The position numbers and the translations under genes were made by a program. The notes beneath the pieces are model-generated. The model did no database searches and had not been told where the DNA came from. It was given only the letters and a program-made list of their open reading frames with translations. Of a stretch of 64,000 bases of DNA, positions 1 to 11,122 are shown in pieces (the stretch's first letter is position 1; each line of letters starts with the position of its first letter). The stretch is from positions 523,729-587,728 of the forward strand of contig NW_015169174.1 of NCBI RefSeq assembly GCF_001447785.1. The letters are read 5' to 3'. The DNA is from Gekko japonicus. Taxonomy: Eukaryota.

Positions 1-831
1 AAATTACTTCTGCCCCGTTCCACCCTGCTTCGAACGGGCAGGCAGAACGTATGGTCCGCACGACCAAAGATGTGCTTGCCAAGTTGACATCCGGGGACTG
101 GGGAGTTAAGCTAGCGTCTTTTCTTCTGCGCCAGCACGTAACTCCGTGCTCAGCTACAGGCCGCAGCCCGGCCGAAGCTTGCCAAGTTGACATCCGGGGA
201 CTGGGGAGTTAAGCTAGCGTCTTTTCTCCTGCGCCAGCACGTAACTCCGTGCTCTGCCACAGGCCGCAGCCCGGCCGAATTGCTGATGGGGCGGCGACTA
301 ACGTCGTTGTTGGACAGACTGCATCCTGACTTAAACGACCTGAGGCCCCAGCAGCAGAGTGTTTCCACCAAGGTCCGCACATACGAACGCGGAGATACAG
401 TTTTTGCCAGAAACTATGCAGGGGGACACTTGTGGCTACCGGCCACCGTCACAGAGATCGTGGGGTCACGCATGTACGAGGTTCAGCTTGCGGATGGGCG
501 CAAGTGGAGACGGCATGTTGACCAGTTGAGGCAGCGGTGGGCAACTGGCCGCCCCACCTCGCAGCCGACTGAATTTCCTGACCCCGAGGACCATCCCATA
601 CCTCCACCGGAGGTGAGTACTGCAGGGAATGCTGAGCCCAGTACTGTCCCTGAGGGAGGGCAGACCCCTACTCTCGGACCCACTGCAAGGGATGGAAGCG
701 AAGCTGACCCACTCGAGAGTGAGTCAAGCAGAGTGCCCCCGATTCAAAGGTGCCCTGAGCCTTCTCTGCCGCGGAGGTCTCAGAGAATACGCAGAGCGCC
801 ACCCTACCGAAGTGATTTCGAATGTTCATAA
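1..831 (+). mobile_element. Gypsy/Ty3 LTR retrotransposon, 3' end of pol (integrase core end and C-terminal domain)
   Basis: 5' end reads PFHPASNGQAERMVRT. ORF 187-831 has TPCSATGRSPAELLMGR and RNYAGGHLWLPATV...WRRHVDQLR, typical of Gypsy integrase. It is followed by a polypurine tract and an LTR, and is CpG-rich. The element runs off the left edge. Confidence 0.9.
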
Positions 832-857
832 TTGTTTTTGCTTAGGGGGGAGGGATT

Positions 858-1243
858 TGTTATGTATTGACTGATATGCATGAACTGCTATGCGAATCAC
901 CTAATTGAGATACCATGTTAAGCTTCGCCCTGGGCTAGGATCCTAATGTAACCAATAGGAGCCCTAGCCCAGAATGTGTCTGCCAATCAGCTTGCAAAGC
1001 GGGATCGCTCCTGATTGGACGTTATCTCTTCAACCTCATAGGTTGTATTACTGTACAGTGGGTGTGGCTACATTAGCCGGGAATGTTTAAATACAGAGCA
1101 GCCAGTGTATATTTGGACTTGACTACTGATGGGTTCTGGCTGGCGATTGTTGTACCGTGTTGGAGAAGTAACCGAGCTGAAGAATAAACCGCATTCTTGC
1201 TGAAATCACTCTCCGACTTCTTTGTTAAGTTCACGACTTAACA
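858..1243 (+). mobile_element. 3' LTR of the Gypsy element (386 bp)
   Basis: Polypurine tract AGGGGGGAGGGA at 844-855. Termini TGTTA...TAACA. CCAAT boxes, a TATA-like TTTAAATA near 1086, and AATAAA at 1183-1188. Confidence 0.85.
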
Positions 1244-2086
1244 AGTTCCCTCCTGAACATTTCTCTGCACTCTGATTGGGTACATTTATACATTAGCCAA
1301 TGGGATTGTTCCAGCTTACAATCCTTGTCCAGGTCTTAAGCTTTACGCCCTTGCATGAAGTCTTGGGTTTGCAATTTTGGGAGAGGGGAGACTTCCTGCT
1401 GGGGGGGGGCAGGGCTGTGGAGGCCCCCTAGATTTAGAAGCCCTAGGCTTCAGCCCTCTTAGCCTATACATAAATCCTGCACTGGCCGTGGCCAGCTGCC
1501 ACAGCACAGGATTGCTCTGAAAGACATATTTTAAGTCTGAAAAAGACTGCAGACTTGCTTTAGGCCTTTCCAAAATGGTGCTCCTATGGGAACCTACACC
1601 AATTGACCAGAGACTAGATCCACAAAATGAATCTCATTATTGTACCCTTCTAGAACCAAAATGTTTATGGTGCATCCCTCATAACCAGTATTAAAACATT
1701 ACTTTCCCAGTAGTTTACACATAGTAATGAGAGGACCTCGATGACTCGCTACAAATCGTTCCCTCCTATTGTTTCTTCTATATAAATTGCACTCACAAGC
1801 CAGCAAAGATGCTCACTTCTATTTTAAATACAAATAATAGGAACAAATATTTTAAAACTTTCATGTTTGTAAAAGAATTTGCTGCCCATAAGATATGGAC
1901 TAAACCAGAAAACTGAAAAATTTTAAATGTTTTACTCATCCCCAGAGAAAATAAGATATGTCTCCCACTGAGAATTCTTTAGGTTTGGGGACCAAGGGAC
2001 ATGAAAGAAGAACAAAGGATGACAATATGAACCGCATACTGCTGAATAAAGATTCTGCAATAAAATATAGATCTACCAAGGGTACC

Positions 2087-2277
2087 TAGGGTTGCCACTT
2101 CCGGGTTGAGAAACATATGGAGATTTTGGGGGGTGGAGCTTGAGGCGGGAAGGGGCTTCAATGCGATATAATACCATGCAGTCCACCTTCCAAAGCAGCC
2201 ATTTCCTCCAGGTGAACTGATATGTATTGCCTGGAAGCGGGAGATCTCTAGCTTTTACCTGGAGGTTGGCAACCGTA
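2087..2277. mobile_element. hAT-type MITE (TAGGGTTGCCA family)
   Basis: TIRs TAGGGTTGCCA / TGGCAACCGTA. Perfect 8-bp TSD AGGGTACC at 2079-2086 and 2278-2285. Confidence 0.85.
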
Positions 2278-2569
2278 AGGGTACCTGAAATGACATAGTC
2301 GATACATTGCATTTTGGTCTTTTCTAACAAAATCCAAACGAATAAAATTTGTGCAATGGTCAAAAAGGAAACAAAAACAAGTTTTAAAATTATGAATGTC
2401 ATTATTTATTGCAATACTCAAATAACGGTTTGTATTGTAAAGGTTTCCTTGACAGCAGAGATTTCTTTCTGACTGCTCTGGTTCTTATCGCAGCATCTCC
2501 CCGTTCTGCCTTGAATTACGCATGCTAAGAGCTGCAAAAAGAACCTGCCCTCAGAGGAAAGCAGAAGAG

Positions 2570-3230
2570 AAGGGTCTCAATATGGCAACCCCTCGGCGCC
2601 GGTGGGAACCGAAACAGGGACCTTGCCCCTCATAAACATGGCCGCATAATTGTAGGAAGCCTTCTTGCCCTTCGCTAAGATGGCTGCCAAGGGAAGGGCG
2701 GGGGAGGGAAGCGGGAAGGTTGGGCAATGAATAGCGGCGTTACTGCTGGTTGCCTGGGCAACAGCCAACGAAGTGGAGGGATAGACCCCGGTGGATTGCT
2801 GCTCGCGGTGGCGGGTGTGGTGGGGAGAGCCTGGCACAGCTGACGGAGCGAAGAGAAAGAGAGAGGCGGTGGCCGATGGGGGGAGAGCGGAGGGGTTTGG
2901 GGCTGGTGGTCGTTGCTGAGACGCTCGGAAGCCAGGTGAGGGGCGCGGCCGTTAGGGAGGAAGGGGAGGCGTGCCGGTGATGCCCGGGGTTGGGGTCGCG
3001 TTGAAGTCACCTAGGAGGGGGTGGGAGATTTACGAACGCATCCGGGAGGGGCTAGTAGTGTTGGGAGGAGCTGCGCGGAGAAGACCGGTAATCGTGAGGT
3101 GCACTAGCGCGAGCAAGAGTAGCGGACCGGTGAGAGCTTGGTTAGATGGGCGTGGTTTCGGGCTGCCTGGCCTGACTTCAAGAGACTGCGAGGACGTGAA
3201 CTCAGTTAACGAAGCTTGGCCAGAAGGAGA
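2570..3230 (+). promoter_or_regulatory. MORN4: CpG-rich promoter and probable non-coding exon 1 of MORN4 (donor after 2935)
   Basis: High CpG density. YY1-like AAGATGGC and AACATGGC motifs. RFX X-box GTTGCCTGGGCAAC at 2749-2762. Strong donor CAG|GTGAGG at 2935/2936. MORN4 coding starts in an internal exon, so an upstream non-coding exon is needed. Confidence 0.65.
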
Positions 3231-3692
3231 ATTAGAGGCTAAGACTAAGAGTACTGGGAAGATTAGAGTTTGAGGTTGGTAGCAACTGACTGTAGGGGTT
3301 ATGTGTGTGTGTGGTGGTGGGGGGGGTGTGTGTGCAGTTGACACTATGTTGCAGGCATGGATGTGGCATGTGGACCTGAGCCACAGGCAGAGTGCACCAG
3401 CCTTGACGCAAGTAACTGATGAGAGATCTTTCCTGAGCCGAAGAGCAGAACAGAGGAATGTATGATGCTGCCCTTGTCTGCTTGAACTGCACCAGCCTGG
3501 TATCCCTGATAAAGTGGGTATGCCCAAATTCTACAAGGTGCAGAGTGGGGGCAGAATTGCCTGACAGCTTGAGGACCTGCTGTAAACACGCTTTGATGTC
3601 TGGCAGCTGCAGTTGCTCTGCTCCACTAGTCTGTTGTAATTGTTTCCAGGAGAACAGCAGTTGTTGTAGAGTCCCTAGATGACTAGGGAAGT

Positions 3693-3780
3693 CTGTGCCA
3701 TCCTAAACAGAGTTACATCCTTCTGAACCCACTGAGATCAGTGGGTTTAGAATGATGTAACACTGCTTAAGATGGCACTG
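3693..3780. repeat. Short palindromic (hairpin) interspersed repeat
   Basis: GTGCCATCCTAAACAGAGTTACA...TGTAACACTGCTTAAGATGGCAC is self-complementary. A related copy lies at 19994-20074. Confidence 0.6.
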
Positions 3781-5476
3781 TTAATCTCTTAACCAGCCTC
3801 TTCCTTATGCAATCTTTTATCCTGAATTTATCATAAGACACAAGATATTTGTTTCTGCTTTGTTCTATGCATAGAAAAGAGTAAACACACGTTCCATATA
3901 TCCAACAATTACTTTTCCAAGGTGAAAAAGAGCATTATAGCACCTTAAAGACTAACAGATTTATCATCACCTGAGCTTTTATAAAATTCACAAAAGCAGA
4001 TGTCATAATAAATCTGTTAAATATTTAAAACACTGCAGCCTGTTTGTTTGTTTTGCTGTAACAAATTTACATGGCTACCCCCTTTGGATTTTCTTTCCTA
4101 GATGTGATTCTGCCTGATTGAAGGTCTCTGCCACCTATGGCAAAAAAGGGTAGAGATGAACTTTAGTCAACTTTATACCTTGTCGTTTTCCCTCATAGAT
4201 CCAGGGTGGTTATATATACATGGCTATCTTCTGGGTAAGGATTTGATTGCTACTAAATTCCGCTGTGCTGAAAGATTAAAAAGTTATGGCAGTGCAAAGA
4301 ACTGATGCTGGTGTTGTGCCAGCAAGCATAACCCCCTATGCTACTGAGATGCTGCCAGTACAATTGGAGTGAAGTCAGTGAAGTGACAAGGGAGGAAGGT
4401 AACTTGTTTGAAATCTTATGCTTATTAAGGAATTGGTCCTACCTCCAATGATGGTGTAATGTTATGTTAGCAAGAGAGAGATTGTAAGTAAAAACACCCA
4501 TATTAGAGTAAGTTGAGAGCCACAGGTCTCTCCACTTCCACAACCCTGTCAAAGGATACGATCCCACTAATTCAGGACCCAATCACAATGCAGTTCAAGG
4601 AGTAGGGAACACAGATGATGACATATGGCCTGGAGCTATATCATTCTGTTCCTACAAATTAAAACCATGGATATCTGGTGGGATTTTGCTGAAAGAGAAC
4701 ACTTCCGGCAAGGTTAACAACAAAGTCAGCAGAACAGGTGAACAAAGTATCTTCTCACAGAACCCTGCCAGTTATCTCAGCTGCACTGCTACTGCTAAGA
4801 CTACAAAGACAAAGCAAGCACAGGTAAACAAGAATTAAGCTTCCACATGAAGCCAACCCATACCTCCAAATATGATCCATCCTTCCCTCTTAAGCACCCT
4901 GAAGTCTGCAAACTGCACAAATATACATAAATACATTTGTATACCCTGTAATGTGGAGAATTGAGTACTTGCTTAACAACTCACCTGTCAGATTACAGCA
5001 GAATGTCCCTCATAGGGGATACAGGGTAAGTTTGCACTGTGCTGATGAAGGAAGGGAAATGTTGACTGTAATTTGCCACATGCGCATGACCCAGCCTCCA
5101 CCATTCATTGGTGAAGGCTGTGGAAAATGCATCCACAATTATTGGTGAATACTGGGTATTCTACCCTGTTTATTGGTATAGTTCTTATTGGTACATTTGA
5201 GACATATTTTCCTTTTCAAGATCAAAACCAGGCCTCAAGAAGGAGGGAACTCCCTACATTGGATGGGTGAATATTGCCTCAGTGTGGCAATACTTTTCTC
5301 CCAGGAGGGGAATCCCCAGACATCAGTAGGACTACTGGTGGGGCTGGGATGTACAAAATAGAAAACCATCTAGGTAGCAGTACTCAAACACATAGTTGCA
5401 GATCTCTGATAAGCACCCAGTCATAGTTCTTCTCTGTTACAGTTGCTATCCAATTACTCATTTCTATCACCATCTC

Positions 5477-8418
5477 CTCTCTCATGGATCACTGCCTTGA
5501 CATGGCGAAGGGACTTGTGTGCTTCAATGAGGCCGTGGGCTATGCTGTGGAGGGCCACCCAGCATGGACCGGCCACAGCAGAGAACTCAGACAAAACATG
5601 ATCCACTGGAGAAGGAAATGGCAACCCACTCCAGTATTTTTGCCAAAAAAAACCCCATGGACAGTAACAAAAGGCTAAAAGAGTTAGCCGGGCAAAGGCT
5701 AACACAGTTTAGTGAAGAGAACACACTGGTCCTAGCGAACACCATCTTCCAACAACCTAAGAGGTGACCCTACACATCGACATCACCAGATGGGCAACAC
5801 CAAAATCAGATTGATTATGTCATTTGCAGTCAAAGATGGAGAAGCTCTATACAGTCAGTAAAAACAAAACCTGAAGCTGACTGTGGCTCAGATCATGAGC
5901 TACTCATTGCAAAATTCAGGCTTAAACTGAAGAATGTTGGGGAAACCACTAGGCCATTCAGGTTTGGCCTAGATCTCATTCCCTTTTGAATATACATTGG
6001 AGGTTAAGAATAGGTTTAAGGGACTAGATTTGATAGACTAGATTTGAGTGCCTGAAGAACTATGGACAGAGGTTTGTGACATTGTACAGGAGGCAGCAAT
6101 CAGCACCATCCTCAAGAAAAAGAAATGCAAGAAAGCAAAGTGGCTGTCTGATGAGGCTTTACAAATAGAGCAAAGAAGGAAAGTGAAAGGCAAAGGTGAA
6201 AAGAAAAGATTTACCCAACTGAATGCAGATTTCCAGAGAACAGCAAGGAGAGATAACGAGGCTTTCCTGAATGAACAATGCAAAGTAATAGAGGAAAACA
6301 ATAGAATGGGAAAGACTAGAGATCTCTTCAAGAAAATTGGAGAAATCAAGGGAATGTTCCATGCAAAGCTGGCCATGATAAAGGACAAAAATGGTAGGGA
6401 CCTAACAGAAGCAGAAGAAATTAGGAACCGATGGCAAGAATACACAGAAGAGCTATACACAAAGGACCTCAGTGTCCTTGACAACCACAACGGCGTGAAC
6501 ACTGACCTCCAGCCAGACATCCTGGAGTGCGAAGTCAAATGGGCCTTAGAAAGCATTACTAACAACAAAACTAGCGTAGGTGATGTTATCCCAGCTGAGC
6601 TGTTCAAAGTCTTAAAAGATGATGCTGTTAAAGTGCTACACTCTGTATGCCAGCAAATTTGGAAAATGCAACAGTGGCCACAGGATTGGAAAAGGTCAGT
6701 ATACGTTCCAATCCCAAAGAAGGGCAATGCCAAGGAATGTTCAAACTATCACACAATTGTACTCATTTCACATAATAGCAAGGTCATGCTCCGGATCCTA
6801 CAAGCTAGGCTTCAGCAGTACGTGGAGAACTGCCAGAAATACAAGCTGGGTTTCGAAGAGGTAGAGGTACGAGATCAAATTGCCAATATTTGCTGGATTA
6901 TGGAGAAAGAAAGGGAACACCAGAAAAACATCTACTTCTGCTTCATTGACTACACTAAAGCCTTTGATTGTGTGGATCACAACAAACTATGGCAAGTCCT
7001 TAAAGAGATGGGAGTACCAGACCACCTCACATGTCTCTTGAGAAACCTGTATAAGGGTCAAGAAGCGACAGTTAGAACTGGATATGGAACAACTGATTGG
7101 TTTAGCATAGGAAAAGGAGTACGACAAGGATGTATATTGTCACCTTGCTTATTTAATATATATGCAGAGTACATCATGCGAAATGCTGGCCTGGATGAAT
7201 CACAAGCGGGAATTAAGATTGCTGGGGAAAAGATCAACAACCTCAGATATGCAGATGATACCACTCTAATGGCTGAAAGTGAAGAGGATCTAAAGAACCT
7301 CTTGCTCAGAGTAAAAGAGGAGAGCGCAAAAGTGGGCTTGAAGCTCAACATCAAAAAAACTAAGATCATGGCATCCGGCCCCATCACTCCTTGGCAAATA
7401 GAAGGGGAAGCCGTGGAAGTAGTGACAGACTTCACGTTCCTGGGATCCCAGATCACCACAGACTGTGACTGCAGCCATGAAATTAAAAGACGCCTGCTCC
7501 TTGGGAGGAAAGCGATGGCGAACCTAAACAGCATGATTCCGCCTCTGTCTCCACCTCCATTGCTCCGTTTTGCCTTCACTCTGCCGCTCTGACGCTACGC
7601 CACTCCATCGCCGCCATTTCCACCGTCACCGCTGCAGTCGCTTCTACTGCTCCTGCCACACACACCCGTACGGGGAGGGTGCCCCCCGCCACCTAATAGC
7701 AGGTACCCATTCATCTACTCACTTATATTAATTGCTTTCGAACCGCTGGGTGGGCGGGAGCTGGGACTAGGGCCAGGAGCTCACCCTGGCCGCGGTGGGT
7801 CTCGAACAGCTGTAGCAGCTGTTCACTGATGTTACCAGCAGGCGTTTTACCACCTGCGCCACCGCAAGATGGTGACTGCAGTCATGAAATTAGAAGACGC
7901 CTTCTCCTTGGGAGTGAACCTAGACAGCATAATAAAAAGTAGAGACATCACCCTGCCAACAATGTCTGTATGGTCAAAGCAATGGTATTCCCAGTAGTAA
8001 TGTATGGCTACGAGAGTTGGACCATAAGGAAGGCTCAGTGCTGAAGAATGGATGCTTTCAAATTGTGGTGCTGGCAAAGACTCTTGAGAGTCCCTTGGAC
8101 TGCAAGGAGATCAAATCAGCCAATCCTAAAAGAAAGAAACCCTGACTGTTCCCTGGAAGGCCAGATACTGAAGCTCAAATACTTTGGCCACCAAATGAGA
8201 AGGGAGCACTCACTGGAGAAGACCCTGATGCTGGGAAAGATTGAAGGTAAAAGAAGAAGAGGATGGCAAAGGATGAGATGGTTAGACAGTGTTATCGATG
8301 CAACAAACATGAAGTTGAGCAAATTCCAGATGATGACGGAAGACGGGAGGGCCTGGCATGATGTGGTCCATGGGGTTGCAAAGAGTTGGGCTTGACTGGA
8401 CAACTGAACAACAACATC
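5477..8418 (+). mobile_element. BovB (RTE-clade) LINE, decayed, with internal deletion and internal insert
   Basis: BovB 5' motif GGAGAAGGAAATGGCAACCCACTCCAGTA. ORF 6048-7592 has RT motifs (FIDYTKAFDCVDH, GVRQGCILSP, LRYADD). C-terminal ORF 8048-8395. (CAA)n tail. TSD ATCACCATCTC at 5466-5476 and 8419-8429. Confidence 0.93.
7690..7866 (-). mobile_element. Sauria SINE-like 5' half (tRNA head) inside BovB
   Basis: On the minus strand, A box TGGCGCAGGTGG and B box GTTCGAGACC. The body resembles the Sauria SINE copies at 54656 and 58760. Confidence 0.7.
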
Positions 8419-9322
8419 ATCACCATCTCTCTCTTGCCTTTCTGCATACAACGAGACAGCCATTCAGTACTCACAGAAGCCGTGCCAGTCAGGCCACAAA
8501 TAAAGTTTATAGAAGCAATAAAACCCACAGTGACCCATGGGAAACCATTGGTTCATATGTGGGATTGCCCCCTTTTTTCTTCTCTGGGCTTCTGTGCCTC
8601 TCTGAAGTGCTCCAGAATTAAACCTGTGTAGCAGTATCTAGCATGAGGATGCAGTGATGGAGAAAACTGCACCTAATTCTTGTTGTTGTCATATAGCTTT
8701 TAGAATGACCAGTTCTGCCTGATCAAAAAAGTTAACTGTATATTTCTGTGACACTTTCAGAATTTACTTCACAACTGATACTGTTCAATAAATGCAGTGA
8801 CTCAGTCAATTGTCTTTGTTCTGAAGTATGGTAGCAGAAGGGAAACACATACACTCTGCCACATACATCATACTTGTTATTTACCTCAAATGTCTTCATT
8901 TAAGGAGTCTTGCAATGTGAAGGGGGCAGTCTGTCCAACACCACCACACCCCACCAGGGCTTTGGGTATGGTCTTAATCCTGGACAATAGCACAAGTGGA
9001 AATCATAATAGCTCAATGTCTTCCCTGTCCTCAGTTACTGCTAGTGTAATGCTAAAACAAGCAGTTTCTGCCATGTGGGGGAGTGGGGCAGTGACCAATA
9101 GACACTGCTGATCAATCACATCAATATGAGGGATGGATGGGATGAAGGAGACTGGGAAAAATTATTAGTATCTGAGAGAGATACCAGAATAAGGCTTTTG
9201 GTCACTGTAACTCTGGCTATCATATTTTTCTGTGTCAAGTAAATGATTATATCTTTCCTGGGTATTCATGGCCAGAACAGATTCTGGTGCCGTTTCTCTG
9301 TAGGATGATTTTATGTAGGGGT

Positions 9323-9475
9323 CAGGGTTGCCAGCTGTCTGGAGATAAAAATGCCCTGTCCCTTAGTAGGATTTTGTTTAACTCCTGGAAGTGAAAGTTT
9401 TCATTGTCCATGTCCACACATTAATCCTCCATTAAAGGAACAGGACATTTTTCTTCGGGCTTGTTGGGAACTTTA
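9323..9475. mobile_element. Degenerate MITE (GGGTTGCCA-type TIRs)
   Basis: AGGGTTGCCA...CCTGTCCCTT / AAGGAACAGGAC...TTGGGAACTT inverted arms. A related copy lies at about 10320-10536. Confidence 0.5.
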
Positions 9476-10319
9476 GTTTTCTGTTGCTTTAATCTTTTCC
9501 ATTAAGTGTTAGACAACTTGTAGTATAGTCTTCGATGAGTTTGTTGTTACAGGATGTATATTTCTTTGACCTTGGCTTCCCTCCCTCTTCCTTTCAAGAT
9601 GCGTGTTTCTCTCACACAGATACCAATCCACATTTATTTTGTGCATTCTAAACATTGTCTTTGTGGAAATCCTTAGTACTGCAGTGGGACTCATTCCATT
9701 CTCCTAGTAAACCTGTAGTTTACAGGTTTTCTTCTCAGTCTTTTTAATCTATTGGATTATGGAGTGGGCTGGTTGCTGTGCCTGAAACGGCAGGTTCCCC
9801 CCCCCCCCATTTTTTCCTAGGCAAACAAATTTGTTGCAAGCTGCTCCTAATTGTGTTTTGGCTGCCAGGATACAACTTCCCATCTGAAGAGAACCCCAGA
9901 GCTTCTAGCTTAAGGTCCTAGTGGATACCTTTCCAAGTCATGGGAGGCTTTGTAGGGAGACGTATTGTGAGGTCTTCTTGGGAGCATGCTGGGGCATTGC
10001 GTGTTGGATAGTTCCATGATGTCTCCATGGCATCTCCCTCATTGCTGCATATTGACTCTTATCTTCCCTGCATAGGTATACAGGGAGAGTATTTGTAATG
10101 CACAGCAGAAAAGGTAACAGCTAGCAATGGCACTGTAAGAGTGGCTGTTAAGTGTCATCTTTTCCCCCCTCTCTACTGGTATTGTTTTGCTTTCTAGTAC
10201 TTTCTTTCATTGATTGGCTTTCAGCATTTATGTAAACCACTTTGAACCCAAGAAAGACAACACTAGCATTTTTAACACTTCGTTACTGGGAATGCGTAAG
10301 AGGGAGACGGTGTTGTGTT

Positions 10320-10536
10320 TGGGGTTACCAACAGGCTTAGAGAAAAGTATCCTGTCCCTTTTATTTATTCACAGGATTTATGTGTTGTATTTCTGCCCAA
10401 TTAAGCCTTTAATAGATGCTTCATGTGTGGAGATGGGCAGCTGGAGCTTTTCATGGCATGGAGGTCATGTAAATAGCATCCCATTAAGCTTCTATTAAAG
10501 GGACAGGAGATTTTTTTTGTCTTGTTGGCAACTGTA
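10320..10536. mobile_element. Degenerate MITE, same family as 9323-9475
   Basis: GGGTTACCAACAGG...CCTGTCCCTTT / AAAGGGACAGG...TTGTTGGCAACTG inverted arms. Confidence 0.5.
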
Positions 10537-11087
10537 TTTATGCCATAACTATGCTGGTACAGTGTTAATCAGCTATAAGTTTGGCCTATCAGAACTTTGC
10601 TGGAAATATTTTCCCATACTGAAATCTCTCAATTTCTGATCAACTCTCATGCAAACCAAAACTGTAAAACTCTTGTCCCACTCCCTGGTATAGTAGCCCC
10701 CCCCCCCCCATGAAGATCCTTCAGGTATTTTGTGTAAGAACAAGAATTTACTTACTTTATCTGTTGAAACTGATAGCTCTATGAGTTGATTAACAGAGGA
10801 GAGTGTGTAAAATACAGATGTGGCTAAAAAGTTGCCTACGTTTTTCCTGGCCATGCAGTATCTCTCAGGTATCCCATTCTTTGACAGCCTGCAAATTACA
10901 ACTATTCTCAGACTTTGTCAAACATCTGGAACAAGCTACTTTGAAAGTTAGGAAAACTCTACTGAGAACTCCCTTTTATATGCCCTTGTTATTCAAGCTT
11001 GGCCTGTGAATTACATTATCAAGAACCGCTACATAAAAGTAGCACTTGGCTATGTCTATGTCTGTACTAAAGGACATGATTTCTATT

Positions 11088-11088
<1 letters not shown>

Positions 11089-11120
<32 letters not shown>
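11089..11120. repeat. (GT)n microsatellite
   Basis: Direct inspection. Confidence 0.95.

Positions 11121-11122
<2 letters not shown>

Noticed and set aside
2577-3589. Several 75-165 aa ORFs in the GC-rich region
   Set aside because: Low-complexity Pro/Arg/Gly translations expected from stop-poor CpG-island DNA.
6038-7579. Long minus-strand ORFs (231 aa, 173 aa)
   Set aside because: Antisense shadows of the BovB RT frame.
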